From the IMG/VR virus record IMGVR_UViG_3300028283_000231: a stretch of 64,000 nt of DNA; one strand, given 5' to 3'. The notes under the pieces are model-generated. The model did not search any database. It was not told the origin of the DNA and saw nothing but the letters and a program-made list of their open reading frames with translations. This stretch comes from a virus (Duplodnaviria > Caudoviricetes). Positions within the stretch are counted from its first letter, which is position 1. The number at the start of each line of letters is the position of its first letter. The position numbers were made by a program, and so were the translations under genes. Shown here piece after piece: positions 56,000-64,000 of the stretch.

Positions 56000-56843
56000 T
56001 GTGATTGATTCTGAATTAAAGGCTTATCTAATTGGACTTTTTTATGCTGATGCTTATCTATCAGATCGTGTTTTACAATTATATTTGTCTATAAAAGACA
56101 AAGAGTATGTTGAAAAATTAGCAAATATATTAGGAGTTAAAACACATAATAAAAAATTATCTATTGGATTTAATATATGCAACAAAAAAATTGTAGATTC
56201 CTTGTATAAAATGGGATTTATTAAAAGGAAATCATACCAAAGAGATGATATAGTCTTTAAAAATATACCAGATGAATTAAAAAGACACTTTATTAGGGGG
56301 TATTTTGATGGTGATGGAACAATATACATATCTAAATATAAAAAGAAAAATGTTGATTGGAAGGAAAGTATTAAATATGGAATTGGTTTTATATCAATAA
56401 ATAAAGAATTATTGAATAGTATTAAAAATTACTTCTCTGTATCATTAAGTTTATCAGATAAAAAACTGAGAAGTGAAAACTCTGGAAGATTTATAAGTGA
56501 TATTAACGATGAAGATCCATATGGTGAAGAACAATGGGAAAACAACGAAATTAAATATATTAGACTGATTTATAGTGGAAACATTATTTGTAAAAAAATA
56601 TTAGATTTTTTATATGAGGGATCTACTATCTATATGGATAGAAAACATGATAAATATAAAGAGATAAGTATATTTAAACCGAAAAATTATCATTTTCATA
56701 AAAGAAGTAATAAATGGAGATATGTGTATGATGATAATGGATTAAAGAAGTATAAATTGTTTAAAACAGAAGATGAAGTTAAAAACTTTATAAAAAATAA
56801 AATTAAAAATTATGAAAGCTTTACTAGCAAAATGGTTGGATAG
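55983..56843 (+). CDS. LAGLIDADG-type homing endonuclease splitting the DUF2828 gene
   Basis: YLIGLFYADAYL and FIRGYFDGDG; overlaps both flanking fragments. Confidence 0.85.
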   Translation: MKINFDVIDSELKAYLIGLFYADAYLSDRVLQLYLSIKDKEYVEKLANILGVKTHNKKLSIGFNICNKKIVDSLYKMGFIKRKSYQRDDIVFKNIPDELKRHFIRGYFDGDGTIYISKYKKKNVDWKESIKYGIGFISINKELLNSIKNYFSVSLSLSDKKLRSENSGRFISDINDEDPYGEEQWENNEIKYIRLIYSGNIICKKILDFLYEGSTIYMDRKHDKYKEISIFKPKNYHFHKRSNKWRYVYDDNGLKKYKLFKTEDEVKNFIKNKIKNYESFTSKMVG

Positions 56844-57846
56844 AAAAGGTCCAAAGGCAAATAAAATTAGAAAATATCTTGGTTTAACACCAAAGGATTA
56901 CAGAAAGATGATAGTATCGCTATCACAGACTGTTGAGCAGTTAATGTGCGCAAAGCAATTTGAAGGCATTAACTACGAACACGTTCCTTCTGTAGCTATG
57001 AACAAGTACAGAAAAGCTTTCTACAAGAAAGATTCTGGTAGGTTCGCAGAATACATCGCAAATGTAAAGAGTGGTGTTGCCAAGATGTGCGCAAGCGCTA
57101 TCTACCCATACCAACTTTACGACGCTTTCCTAAGAGCTAGGACAGAATTCGATAATTTGGCTATTGAGGCTCAATGGTATTCGTTGCCAAACTACATGGA
57201 AGGATCAACCGAGAGGTTGCTTCCAATGGTTGATACATCGGGTTCTATGGAATTCTATGGTGGATTACCAGCAAGAGCAGGTTGGTCACTTGGTCTTTAT
57301 ATTTCTGAAAGAAACGAGAGCATTTTCAAGGACGCTTTCATGACTTTCCATACTCATCCAAAGATGATGTACTTACAGGGTAGCATCGCCGAAAGGGTTC
57401 GTGCTATCAGAGGAGTAGAATGGAAAGGTACTACAAACCTTGAAGCAGCGTTTGAATTATTGCTTAACAAAGCAATTGAGAACAAGATTTCTGAAGCAGA
57501 AATGCCAACAGTTATCTTGATCTTATCAGATATGCAGTTTGACCCATCGAAAGCTTGCTACAACGCAAACGCTTACGAAATGATGAAAGCTCATTACGCT
57601 GCAGCTGGATATAAGATTCCAAGAATCATCTTCTGGAACCTTAGAGCAGCAGAGGATAAAGTAACAGCATCAGCATTTGACGAAAATGTTGGTCTTGTAT
57701 CTGGTTTCAGCCCAAGTGGTTTGAAGGCTATTCTTCAAGGAGAAGAAATTCAAGATGAAGTAAAGGTCGAACCAAAGAAAGAAACTCCTTACGAATTGAT
57801 GATGAAAGTCATTGACGGTGAGAGATACGCAGCAGTTACTATATAA
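56812..57846 (+). CDS. DUF2828/TROVE protein, C-terminal fragment with vWA domain
   Basis: LLAKWLDRK, VPSVAM, MVDTSGSM, ILSDMQFD and IFWNL. Confidence 0.85.
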   Translation: MKALLAKWLDRKGPKANKIRKYLGLTPKDYRKMIVSLSQTVEQLMCAKQFEGINYEHVPSVAMNKYRKAFYKKDSGRFAEYIANVKSGVAKMCASAIYPYQLYDAFLRARTEFDNLAIEAQWYSLPNYMEGSTERLLPMVDTSGSMEFYGGLPARAGWSLGLYISERNESIFKDAFMTFHTHPKMMYLQGSIAERVRAIRGVEWKGTTNLEAAFELLLNKAIENKISEAEMPTVILILSDMQFDPSKACYNANAYEMMKAHYAAAGYKIPRIIFWNLRAAEDKVTASAFDENVGLVSGFSPSGLKAILQGEEIQDEVKVEPKKETPYELMMKVIDGERYAAVTI

Positions 57847-57851
57847 TGATC

Positions 57852-57915
57852 AAACACGTGTAACCTGAAAAGGTGAAAGGTCTCGCGAGCCTAGGTAAAG
57901 GAATATCCCACGTTT
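57852..57915 (+). ncRNA. Small GNRA-capped structured RNA directly downstream of DUF2828
   Basis: AAACACGTG/CACGTTT closing stem; ACCT-GAAA-AGGT; GCGA loop. Confidence 0.45.
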
Positions 57916-57926
57916 CCCTGATCAAT

Positions 57927-57954
57927 AAAAAACCCAGTTTATCTGGGTTTTTTT
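57927..57954. terminator. Bidirectional intrinsic terminator
   Basis: AAAAAACCCAG-TTTAT-CTGGGTTTTTTT. Confidence 0.8.
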
Positions 57955-58700
57955 ATGCCTATTATAATAAAATCTAATCCTATATCAGCAATGAAAATAA
58001 CTGTTAAATTAAACATTTCATATATTTTTTCTAAAATATTTAAATCAAAACAATGCTGGTGAAGGCATCTATTTTCAAAATTCTTTAGACTTCTTTCTCT
58101 GAAATTGGGGACAGGATGTAATTGCATATCGTGTAAAGTTAATATTTCATCCAAATGTGAAAGGTCGTCTTCTTTTATGTCGTTTTTAAAATCTTCGACG
58201 AGATGTTCAAATTTTACAATTTCTCTTTTATGATCAAAATTGGATTCTTTATTGGGGGCAATTACTACAAGCGCACCACCTTCATTTAATATAGATAACC
58301 ATTGTTCTATTGCTTTAAGTGGATTTGCTATATGTTCTATATTATTACAAGATAATACAAAATCATATTTTTCTTTTATAGATGATAGATCAGTAGCGTC
58401 AAGTATGTACTGATTACCTAATCTTTTACCTTCTACGACAAAACCTTTATCTACTTCTATTTTACCTGTCCATACAGTTGATGAAGAGAAATTTATGCCA
58501 TCTAATCTAGCTACCGATTTTCCGTCGGGTATATGCCAAAATTGGTCTCCGTATATGTGCATTTTTGGATTACTAAAATATCTCATGCTAGGTCCACCTA
58601 TTTCGATACCAACTTTACCGTAAAAATATTCATTTAATATACTAGTCATCTTATCTTGATATTCTTTTGATAAAATGAGAGTGGCGTTTTCGTTTACCAT
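57939..58700 (-). CDS. Class I SAM-dependent methyltransferase (type 11-like)
   Basis: GIEIGG, YDFVLSCNNIEHIANP and GGALVVIAP; likely start MVNEN. Confidence 0.78.
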   Translation of the reverse strand: MVNENATLILSKEYQDKMTSILNEYFYGKVGIEIGGPSMRYFSNPKMHIYGDQFWHIPDGKSVARLDGINFSSSTVWTGKIEVDKGFVVEGKRLGNQYILDATDLSSIKEKYDFVLSCNNIEHIANPLKAIEQWLSILNEGGALVVIAPNKESNFDHKREIVKFEHLVEDFKNDIKEDDLSHLDEILTLHDMQLHPVPNFRERSLKNFENRCLHQHCFDLNILEKIYEMFNLTVIFIADIGLDFIIIGIKKPR

Positions 58701-58722
58701 AAAAATTTTTGTTTTATATATT

Positions 58723-58751
58723 AAAAAACCCAGTCCTTTCGGGCTGGGTTT
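58723..58751 (-). terminator. Intrinsic terminator
   Basis: AAAAAACCCAG-TCCTTTCGGG-CTGGGTTT. Confidence 0.7.
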
Positions 58752-58794
58752 ATCATTCACTCTGTTACGTTCAAAGAAGAGGCTTTACAGAGCA

Positions 58795-59622
58795 TCATAA
58801 GTTTTCAAGAATATTCTTCAATCTTGATGGATCAATAGGTCTTACATCTGGATTTTCCTCACCAATAAGAGAATAATTTAAATTGAGAATATCAATAATA
58901 ATAAATTTAGGAGATTCAACTCCTTTTTCTCTCTCAGGCACGTAAACTATGAAATTATATTCGTTAAGTTTATCTGCTATTTTCTTTTCGTAGGGAATTT
59001 GAAATTTATATTTATTTTCTTTCGAATATTTTCTTTCTGGACCAGGATCTGCCATAGGTTGTTCAACTGGTTGCTCAACTGGTTGTTCTACTGGTTCTTC
59101 AGCTGCTTCTTTTAAAAAAGACTTATAATTTTTTAATACACTCTTTTCCATGATTTCTCTTTTGTTTTTTGGCTCTTCTTCATCGAAGATTAATTCGTCC
59201 TCATCCTCATCGTAATCAACTTTGTCTGTTCCTAATTCATCCTCTTCGTAGTCTTCATCGTCATCAACTTCATCATAGTCATCTTCACTATTCATAAAAG
59301 ATTCAATATCCTTTTTAGCTTTTTCTCTATTATTTATACCCTTTAATTCATCGTAAAGATTTATAGCGTCCTCTTCATCTGCTATACCAGAAGCTACTAA
59401 TTTATCGTAATATTCATCGTCCTGAGCAAGATGATCCATTGCCACTTCCGTAGCTATATCTGGGTTATCAGTATGTTCACGTTCGATTTTTGTTCCAATT
59501 TCTATATCATCTGGATTGAAATCATCTGGTGTTTTATCATCAGCTCTCCCACCTTTTAAATGATCTTTCCACTTTCTGTTTCCGAAATCTGTAAAATCTA
59601 ATATAACTTTGCCCTTTTTCAT
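58795..59622 (-). CDS. Acidic phage protein (DUF5661-like GTKIEREHT...MDHL motif)
   Basis: Motif plus a D/E-rich tract. Confidence 0.6.
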   Translation of the reverse strand: MKKGKVILDFTDFGNRKWKDHLKGGRADDKTPDDFNPDDIEIGTKIEREHTDNPDIATEVAMDHLAQDDEYYDKLVASGIADEEDAINLYDELKGINNREKAKKDIESFMNSEDDYDEVDDDEDYEEDELGTDKVDYDEDEDELIFDEEEPKNKREIMEKSVLKNYKSFLKEAAEEPVEQPVEQPVEQPMADPGPERKYSKENKYKFQIPYEKKIADKLNEYNFIVYVPEREKGVESPKFIIIDILNLNYSLIGEENPDVRPIDPSRLKNILENL

Positions 59623-59665
59623 AATATTATATATTAAATTGTTTTATTAATGTTTTTTCTTTTTG

Positions 59666-60352
59666 TTAACGAACTTCATATAATTCATTCTTCTTTTCAT
59701 TATATCTAAAAAACTTACATTTTAATTTATCAATAATTTCATTTTGCCTGATAATATCCCTATTTTTCAAATTTCCGTTACTATCATAATGTTTTGGTTC
59801 ATCGTATTCAATTGCTATGTTGTTATTTTTATCATACGCGTCAATAAAATATCCTAGATCAGATATATATAATTCCCCACCGTTTAAAGCATGTTGCAAA
59901 TTCCAATGGTTTGTTTTTGATAATTCATCAAAATATTTACAAGCGTTTATATTATGCATTGGGCAAACTCCACCATTTTTGTTTTGAATATAGTTTATTT
60001 TAGACAATCTCATTTTCTTTTTTGTTTCATTCGACGCCTTTTTACCTATCATTTTTAATCTCATTTTTTCTATAGATCCTGGAGTGTGCGCATTTTTTGT
60101 AAAATTTTCGATGTTTGATCTCAATCTTTCTTTATATTCGTCACTGTGAGTTTCACCAAACATTCCGTTATTCATTCCTGAATTTTTTTCTGATATTTTT
60201 TGTTTAGTTAATTCAGATGTTTCATGCCCCTTTAAAGATGAACTAATTTTTTCTTTAGTATCATCAGATAATTTTCTACCAATCATCCATTTTCCAATTC
60301 CTTTATTTTTACAGGATTCACTTATTTTCCTTTTGGTTTCTTCTGAATGCAT
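59666..60352 (-). CDS. NUMOD3 repeat endonuclease (PD-D/ExK C-terminus)
   Basis: HSEETKRKIS repeats; YFIDAYD...IAIEYDEPKH. Confidence 0.78.
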   Translation of the reverse strand: MHSEETKRKISESCKNKGIGKWMIGRKLSDDTKEKISSSLKGHETSELTKQKISEKNSGMNNGMFGETHSDEYKERLRSNIENFTKNAHTPGSIEKMRLKMIGKKASNETKKKMRLSKINYIQNKNGGVCPMHNINACKYFDELSKTNHWNLQHALNGGELYISDLGYFIDAYDKNNNIAIEYDEPKHYDSNGNLKNRDIIRQNEIIDKLKCKFFRYNEKKNELYEVR

Positions 60353-60383
60353 GCCTCTATATATTAATTATTTTTATCCGTTT

Positions 60384-60614
60384 TTATTCTTTCGATGGTA
60401 AGTCCAATAAATATAATATTTTAGTGTAATCCTTATCCCTATAAACATACGATTGTAACCTCTCACTCCAACTCACAAGTTGTTGAATTTTAGAATGATC
60501 CTTTCTTTTTATTTCAAAATATAGTCCGCTAGGTAGTCCAACGAGTTCCATAATTTCATCGGGATCGTATTCGTCTTCGAGATAACCTATATGTTCATTA
60601 AAACTTTTTATCAT
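60384..60614 (-). CDS. Hypothetical protein with MIKSFNE N-terminus
   Basis: ORF track. Confidence 0.55.
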   Translation of the reverse strand: MIKSFNEHIGYLEDEYDPDEIMELVGLPSGLYFEIKRKDHSKIQQLVSWSERLQSYVYRDKDYTKILYLLDLPSKE

Positions 60615-61465
60615 TTCTTTAATTTAAAATATCTTGTACTATAATAAGTATTATCACCTTTAACCCAAACAGCGTCGCCACTTGGTTTAGTTATATCAAA
60701 TATAGTATATTCTTTTCCTATTTCCAGTCTTCTGCCACCACCGCCTTCTTTATTTGTACAAATAATAATATCACCGTCTTCCCAAAGAGAAGGATCATTT
60801 AAATCTATATCTGGTTTATCCCATACTTCTTCACCGTAGGGATCTAAGTCTTCTACGTTTTCTTTAATCATTCCAGTATTTATAAATATATGTTTTGGCC
60901 ACCATATAGGTATTATACCTTCATATTTTATAATTTTATCATCTGATTCAAATTCGTCTAATGCTTTGCTTTTACCGTAATATTTAAAAAAATCAGCTTT
61001 AATTAAATTCGCTTTTCCTCTAACTTCAATAAAATATCCATCTTCATCTGGACTTATATTAATAATTTCATACTCTTCTCCCTCACTAAGTTCAATTCCT
61101 TCTGTTGTACATGTTGTAGTACATCTGATAATACTTCCAATTTTTTCAATGTCTTCATCACTCCACCATTCTTCACCGTAAGGATCTAAATCTTCTACGT
61201 TCTCTTTAATATATGTATCCTTTTTAAATCTTTTCATCATCCACCAACCACCTAAACCTTTTAGATTTATATGATTATGATGTACAGAGATAACCTCGTA
61301 ATCAACTCCTAATTTGATTTTATTTGGAAAATCCAATCCACTATCGTCTATACAAATAACTATATCTCCCTCATGAATCCTATCTTCATTATCGTTCCAA
61401 ACCTCTTCACCGTAAGGAACAAGATCATTATTCTCTTTAATATATGTATGAAATTTCTTTATCAT
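60611..61465 (-). CDS. Protein of three IKEN..DPYGEE.W plus KOW-like repeat modules
   Basis: Three internal repeats. Confidence 0.7.
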   Translation of the reverse strand: MIKKFHTYIKENNDLVPYGEEVWNDNEDRIHEGDIVICIDDSGLDFPNKIKLGVDYEVISVHHNHINLKGLGGWWMMKRFKKDTYIKENVEDLDPYGEEWWSDEDIEKIGSIIRCTTTCTTEGIELSEGEEYEIINISPDEDGYFIEVRGKANLIKADFFKYYGKSKALDEFESDDKIIKYEGIIPIWWPKHIFINTGMIKENVEDLDPYGEEVWDKPDIDLNDPSLWEDGDIIICTNKEGGGGRRLEIGKEYTIFDITKPSGDAVWVKGDNTYYSTRYFKLKK

Positions 61466-62256
61466 TAGTAACCTCCTTGTTGTCCCACTGCTATAATAGC
61501 TGGATTTGAGGAAGTCCCTACTCTATCGGCGCCAGCGTTAACATAGGCTTCTATATCTTGTAAAGTTCTTACGCCACCACTGGCTTTAATTTTGATATGG
61601 TCGGGTAATATACTTCTCATAAATCTAACTTTATCAATTTCAGCGCCTTTTGTGGCGTAACCTGTTGAAGTTTTAACAAAATCAACACCAGCTTTTGTAC
61701 AAAGTTCACAAGCCTTTTTTACTTGGTCCAAAGTTAATTCACCAGATTCAATAATAACCTTTAATACAACACTATCCGATCCGTGGCAAACATCAGCAAC
61801 TTTTCTAATATCATCAAATAACTTTTGTTCCATATCTTTCTTCTTTTCGTCATCTGATTCCTTTGACCATTTCTGTAAAAGTTTCCAATTCATAACCATA
61901 TCAATCTCGTCAGCACCATTGGATATAGCTTTTTGTGTCTCTACAACTTTCTCTTGTGTTTTATCTTCGCCCTTATGGAAAGAAATAACAGTACACACTT
62001 TAACATTCGTTCCTTCTAAGAAATTAACAGCATAAGATACGAAATCAGGTCTTATACAAACGCTATAAAATCCGTTCTCTTTTGCCTGTTGGCAGATCTC
62101 TTCAATTTTATCTATATTAGCGTCTTCACGAAGATAAGTATAATCAATGATACTATTAAATCTACGTGGATCAGGGCCACCCTTTACTTTAGGTTTGGCT
62201 ATAACTTGGGGGTTATCTAATGCCTCTCTTACGAATTTATCAAATTTTTTTACCAT
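61465..62256 (-). CDS. deoC: Deoxyribose-phosphate aldolase with N-terminal extension
   Basis: IDYTYL, GADEIDMV, LKVIIE, FVKTSTGY and IKASGGVR. Confidence 0.93.
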   Translation of the reverse strand: MVKKFDKFVREALDNPQVIAKPKVKGGPDPRRFNSIIDYTYLREDANIDKIEEICQQAKENGFYSVCIRPDFVSYAVNFLEGTNVKVCTVISFHKGEDKTQEKVVETQKAISNGADEIDMVMNWKLLQKWSKESDDEKKKDMEQKLFDDIRKVADVCHGSDSVVLKVIIESGELTLDQVKKACELCTKAGVDFVKTSTGYATKGAEIDKVRFMRSILPDHIKIKASGGVRTLQDIEAYVNAGADRVGTSSNPAIIAVGQQGGY

Positions 62257-62354
62257 AATGTGCTGTATATTTTTCTGTATATATTAATTTTTTGTTCCCA
62301 ATTTTAAACAACGACCTAGTTCAATGTTATATATAAATAAAATCAAAAGAACTT

Positions 62355-63173
62355 ATGGTATCAATAAAAATAGACGATATATTGTTTGCCCACGGTGATT
62401 ATAGTACTGCTATTCAACAATCTAAATATATCAAATGGAACAGAAATTTTATAGTTGGAAACGAAGACATGGCTATTTACACAGATGGTTCTCTACCAAG
62501 AGTTAATAATAGAATTAAAACAAAAATTGCTTGGTTACTTGAATCCCCAGCAGTTAGTGCTTATCAACACGAATGGATAAAAAACAACTACAAAGCATTT
62601 GATATAATATTCACCAATAACAGAGATTTATTAGAAATGAATAGTAAATTTAAGTTTCTGCCCACTGGTGGTTGTTGGATAAGGAACGAAGAGCAATATA
62701 TTTATCCTAAGACTAAATTAATATCTATCATTGCATCTAATAAGAATTGGACAGACGGACACGCTTTACGTAATAACATTGTTAATGAAATTAGAAACGG
62801 TCAAATAAAATGTGATCTTTACGGTAGAGGGTTTAATGAATTACCAGAGAAATTAGATGGTTTAAAGGACTATATGTTTTCTATTGTGGTTGAGAATACA
62901 AAGAAGGATTACTATTTTACTGAAAAACTTATAGATTGTTTTATGACTGGAACAATACCTATTTATTGGGGATGCCCATCCATAGGTAATTATTTTGACG
63001 AAAGGGGAATGTTGGTGTTTAATACCGTACAGGAATTGAAGAATATAGTGAATGGCATAAGTCCAGAGTTGTATAATTTGAAATTAGAATATGCTAGAAA
63101 GAATTTTGAAGTAGCCAAGGATTATATGATTGCTGAGGATTACATGTACGAAAAATATTTGAAACAATTATGA
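62355..63173 (+). CDS. Glycosyltransferase family 10-like (fucosyltransferase-type)
   Basis: YMFSIVVENTKKDYYFTEKLIDCFMTGTIPIYWG. Confidence 0.85.
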   Translation: MVSIKIDDILFAHGDYSTAIQQSKYIKWNRNFIVGNEDMAIYTDGSLPRVNNRIKTKIAWLLESPAVSAYQHEWIKNNYKAFDIIFTNNRDLLEMNSKFKFLPTGGCWIRNEEQYIYPKTKLISIIASNKNWTDGHALRNNIVNEIRNGQIKCDLYGRGFNELPEKLDGLKDYMFSIVVENTKKDYYFTEKLIDCFMTGTIPIYWGCPSIGNYFDERGMLVFNTVQELKNIVNGISPELYNLKLEYARKNFEVAKDYMIAEDYMYEKYLKQL

Positions 63174-63721
63174 AATACCTAGTAGTATCTTATGGTGGAG
63201 TCGGTACTTATATGATGATGGATGTAATAGGTAAAAATAACTTTTTAAAAATACCAGAAACAAGTGGAATATGGCAAAAAGAATATCATCACATTAAATG
63301 TCCACCAAAAACTTTCGGTGAACCCGTTAAAGTTATATATATCTACGGTGATCCGTACAACGCTCTAATATCTCATTTTAGAAGAAGATGCATTTTAAAA
63401 GAGTGGGCACGTAATCATTGTAAAAACATGCACGGTGAATGGTGGAAATTAAATACTGATTGGGAATTGCTGGATTATTTAAAAAATGGTGAGGACTTGT
63501 TTAAATTCGAGGAACATTTTGATAATTGGGTAAATATAAAAGATAAAGATTATGACGTTATGGTGTTAAAATATGAGTTTGTAAAAAAATACGAAAATGT
63601 GGTATTATCATATTTAGATTCAGAAAATCCTATTAATTATAAAGAACGTTTATCAAATTGGAACGATCTAGATAGTGATAGTTTCGAATTGTTAAAAAAT
63701 TATGTATGGAAAATTTTATGA
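63170..63721 (+). CDS. Sulfotransferase-like protein
   Basis: SYGGVGT, IYGDPYNALISHF and LKYE. Confidence 0.55.
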   Translation: MKYLVVSYGGVGTYMMMDVIGKNNFLKIPETSGIWQKEYHHIKCPPKTFGEPVKVIYIYGDPYNALISHFRRRCILKEWARNHCKNMHGEWWKLNTDWELLDYLKNGEDLFKFEEHFDNWVNIKDKDYDVMVLKYEFVKKYENVVLSYLDSENPINYKERLSNWNDLDSDSFELLKNYVWKIL

Positions 63722-63774
63722 TAAATATTTATCATATCCGCCCATTATAATTTATTAAAAAATAAATAAATATT

Positions 63775-64000
63775 ATGAGAAGAATAAAAGATTTATTAAA
63801 AGAATACAGGATGGGGGATATATTAGATGATTGCGGTGGAGTTAATTTATTACACGGATTAAATCAATTAATACATGAAAATTTAAATAAAGATTCTGTT
63901 ATTTGTGAAATAGGATCATACGAGGGAAAATCATCAGAGCTTTTTGCTTTATTATGTAAGGAAGTTTATTGTGTTGACGTTTTTTATGATCAGAGGGCTA
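63775..64000 (+). CDS. Class I SAM methyltransferase (family 24-like), 3' partial
   Basis: Manual translation ...VICEIGSYEGKSSELFA...YCVD. Confidence 0.7.
   Translation, partial: MRRIKDLLKEYRMGDILDDCGGVNLLHGLNQLIHENLNKDSVICEIGSYEGKSSELFALLCKEVYCVDVFYDQRA

Noticed and set aside
2998-56329. Many short antisense ORFs in the track (for example 2998, 3493, 9510, 18915, 33663, 44612, 51520 N-terminal part, 56054)
   Set aside because: They lie opposite or inside well-supported genes and show no recognisable motifs.
55983-56843. Group I intron or intein in DUF2828
   Set aside because: The endonuclease ORF overlaps both flanking fragments in different frames, with no room for a ribozyme core and no Cys/His-Asn splice motifs.
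52417-57867. Long-range pairing of AGGTTAC (52417) with GTAACCT-G (57860) around the rtcB-DUF2828 operon
   Set aside because: A single 7-nt match over 5.4 kb is expected by chance; imperfect local closures exist at about 52497 and 52568.
1-64000. Genome-wide stop-codon reassignment (code 4 or code 15)
   Set aside because: Long genes are intact under code 11, TGA and TAG both terminate well-defined genes (often in ATGA overlaps), and no TCA or CTA anticodon tRNA was found in this window.

Overview
AT-rich, gene-dense 64 kb segment that reads as part of a jumbo/huge dsDNA phage genome. It has T4-like virion-protein N-termini, many intact and decayed homing endonucleases, a recurring AATATATA promoter-like motif and a large tRNA cluster at about 28.0-33.3 kb. 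Repeated TAnnTTTG boxes, a T9SS-sorting/FISUMP gene, Bacteroidota-type lipoproteins and a Bacteroidota-like rpmJ point to a Bacteroidota host (inference). Recognisable genes include an M42 peptidase, thioredoxin, two DNA methyltransferases, CorA, a CDF transporter, ClpB, PurA, RtcB, a DUF2828/TROVE-like protein, DeoC and several glycosyl/methyltransferases. The most striking part is a translation and RNA-repair layer. (1) A 42-codon leader peptide with overlapping antiterminator/terminator sits in front of the tRNA cluster; its codons match the anticodons encoded downstream, so it is a candidate tRNA-depletion-sensing attenuator. (2) A dispersed stem-ACAGCAA small-RNA family, three copies of which display perfect anticodon stem-loops, has one copy in the 5' UTR of the Ro60-like DUF2828 gene next to rtcB. 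(3) Several tRNA-shaped RNAs have remodelled anticodon, D or variable arms, and one looks like a circularly permuted tRNA-Val(CAC). (4) An RF1-type release factor gene carries two in-frame UGA codons. (5) ClpB is fractured by an atypically split intein (26-aa IntN, 137-aa IntC) with a nuclease gene between the halves. (6) The DUF2828 gene is split by a LAGLIDADG endonuclease. (7) The phage encodes ribosomal protein bL36. All calls come from manual reading with no database searches; single-base frameshifts in homopolymers may be assembly errors.
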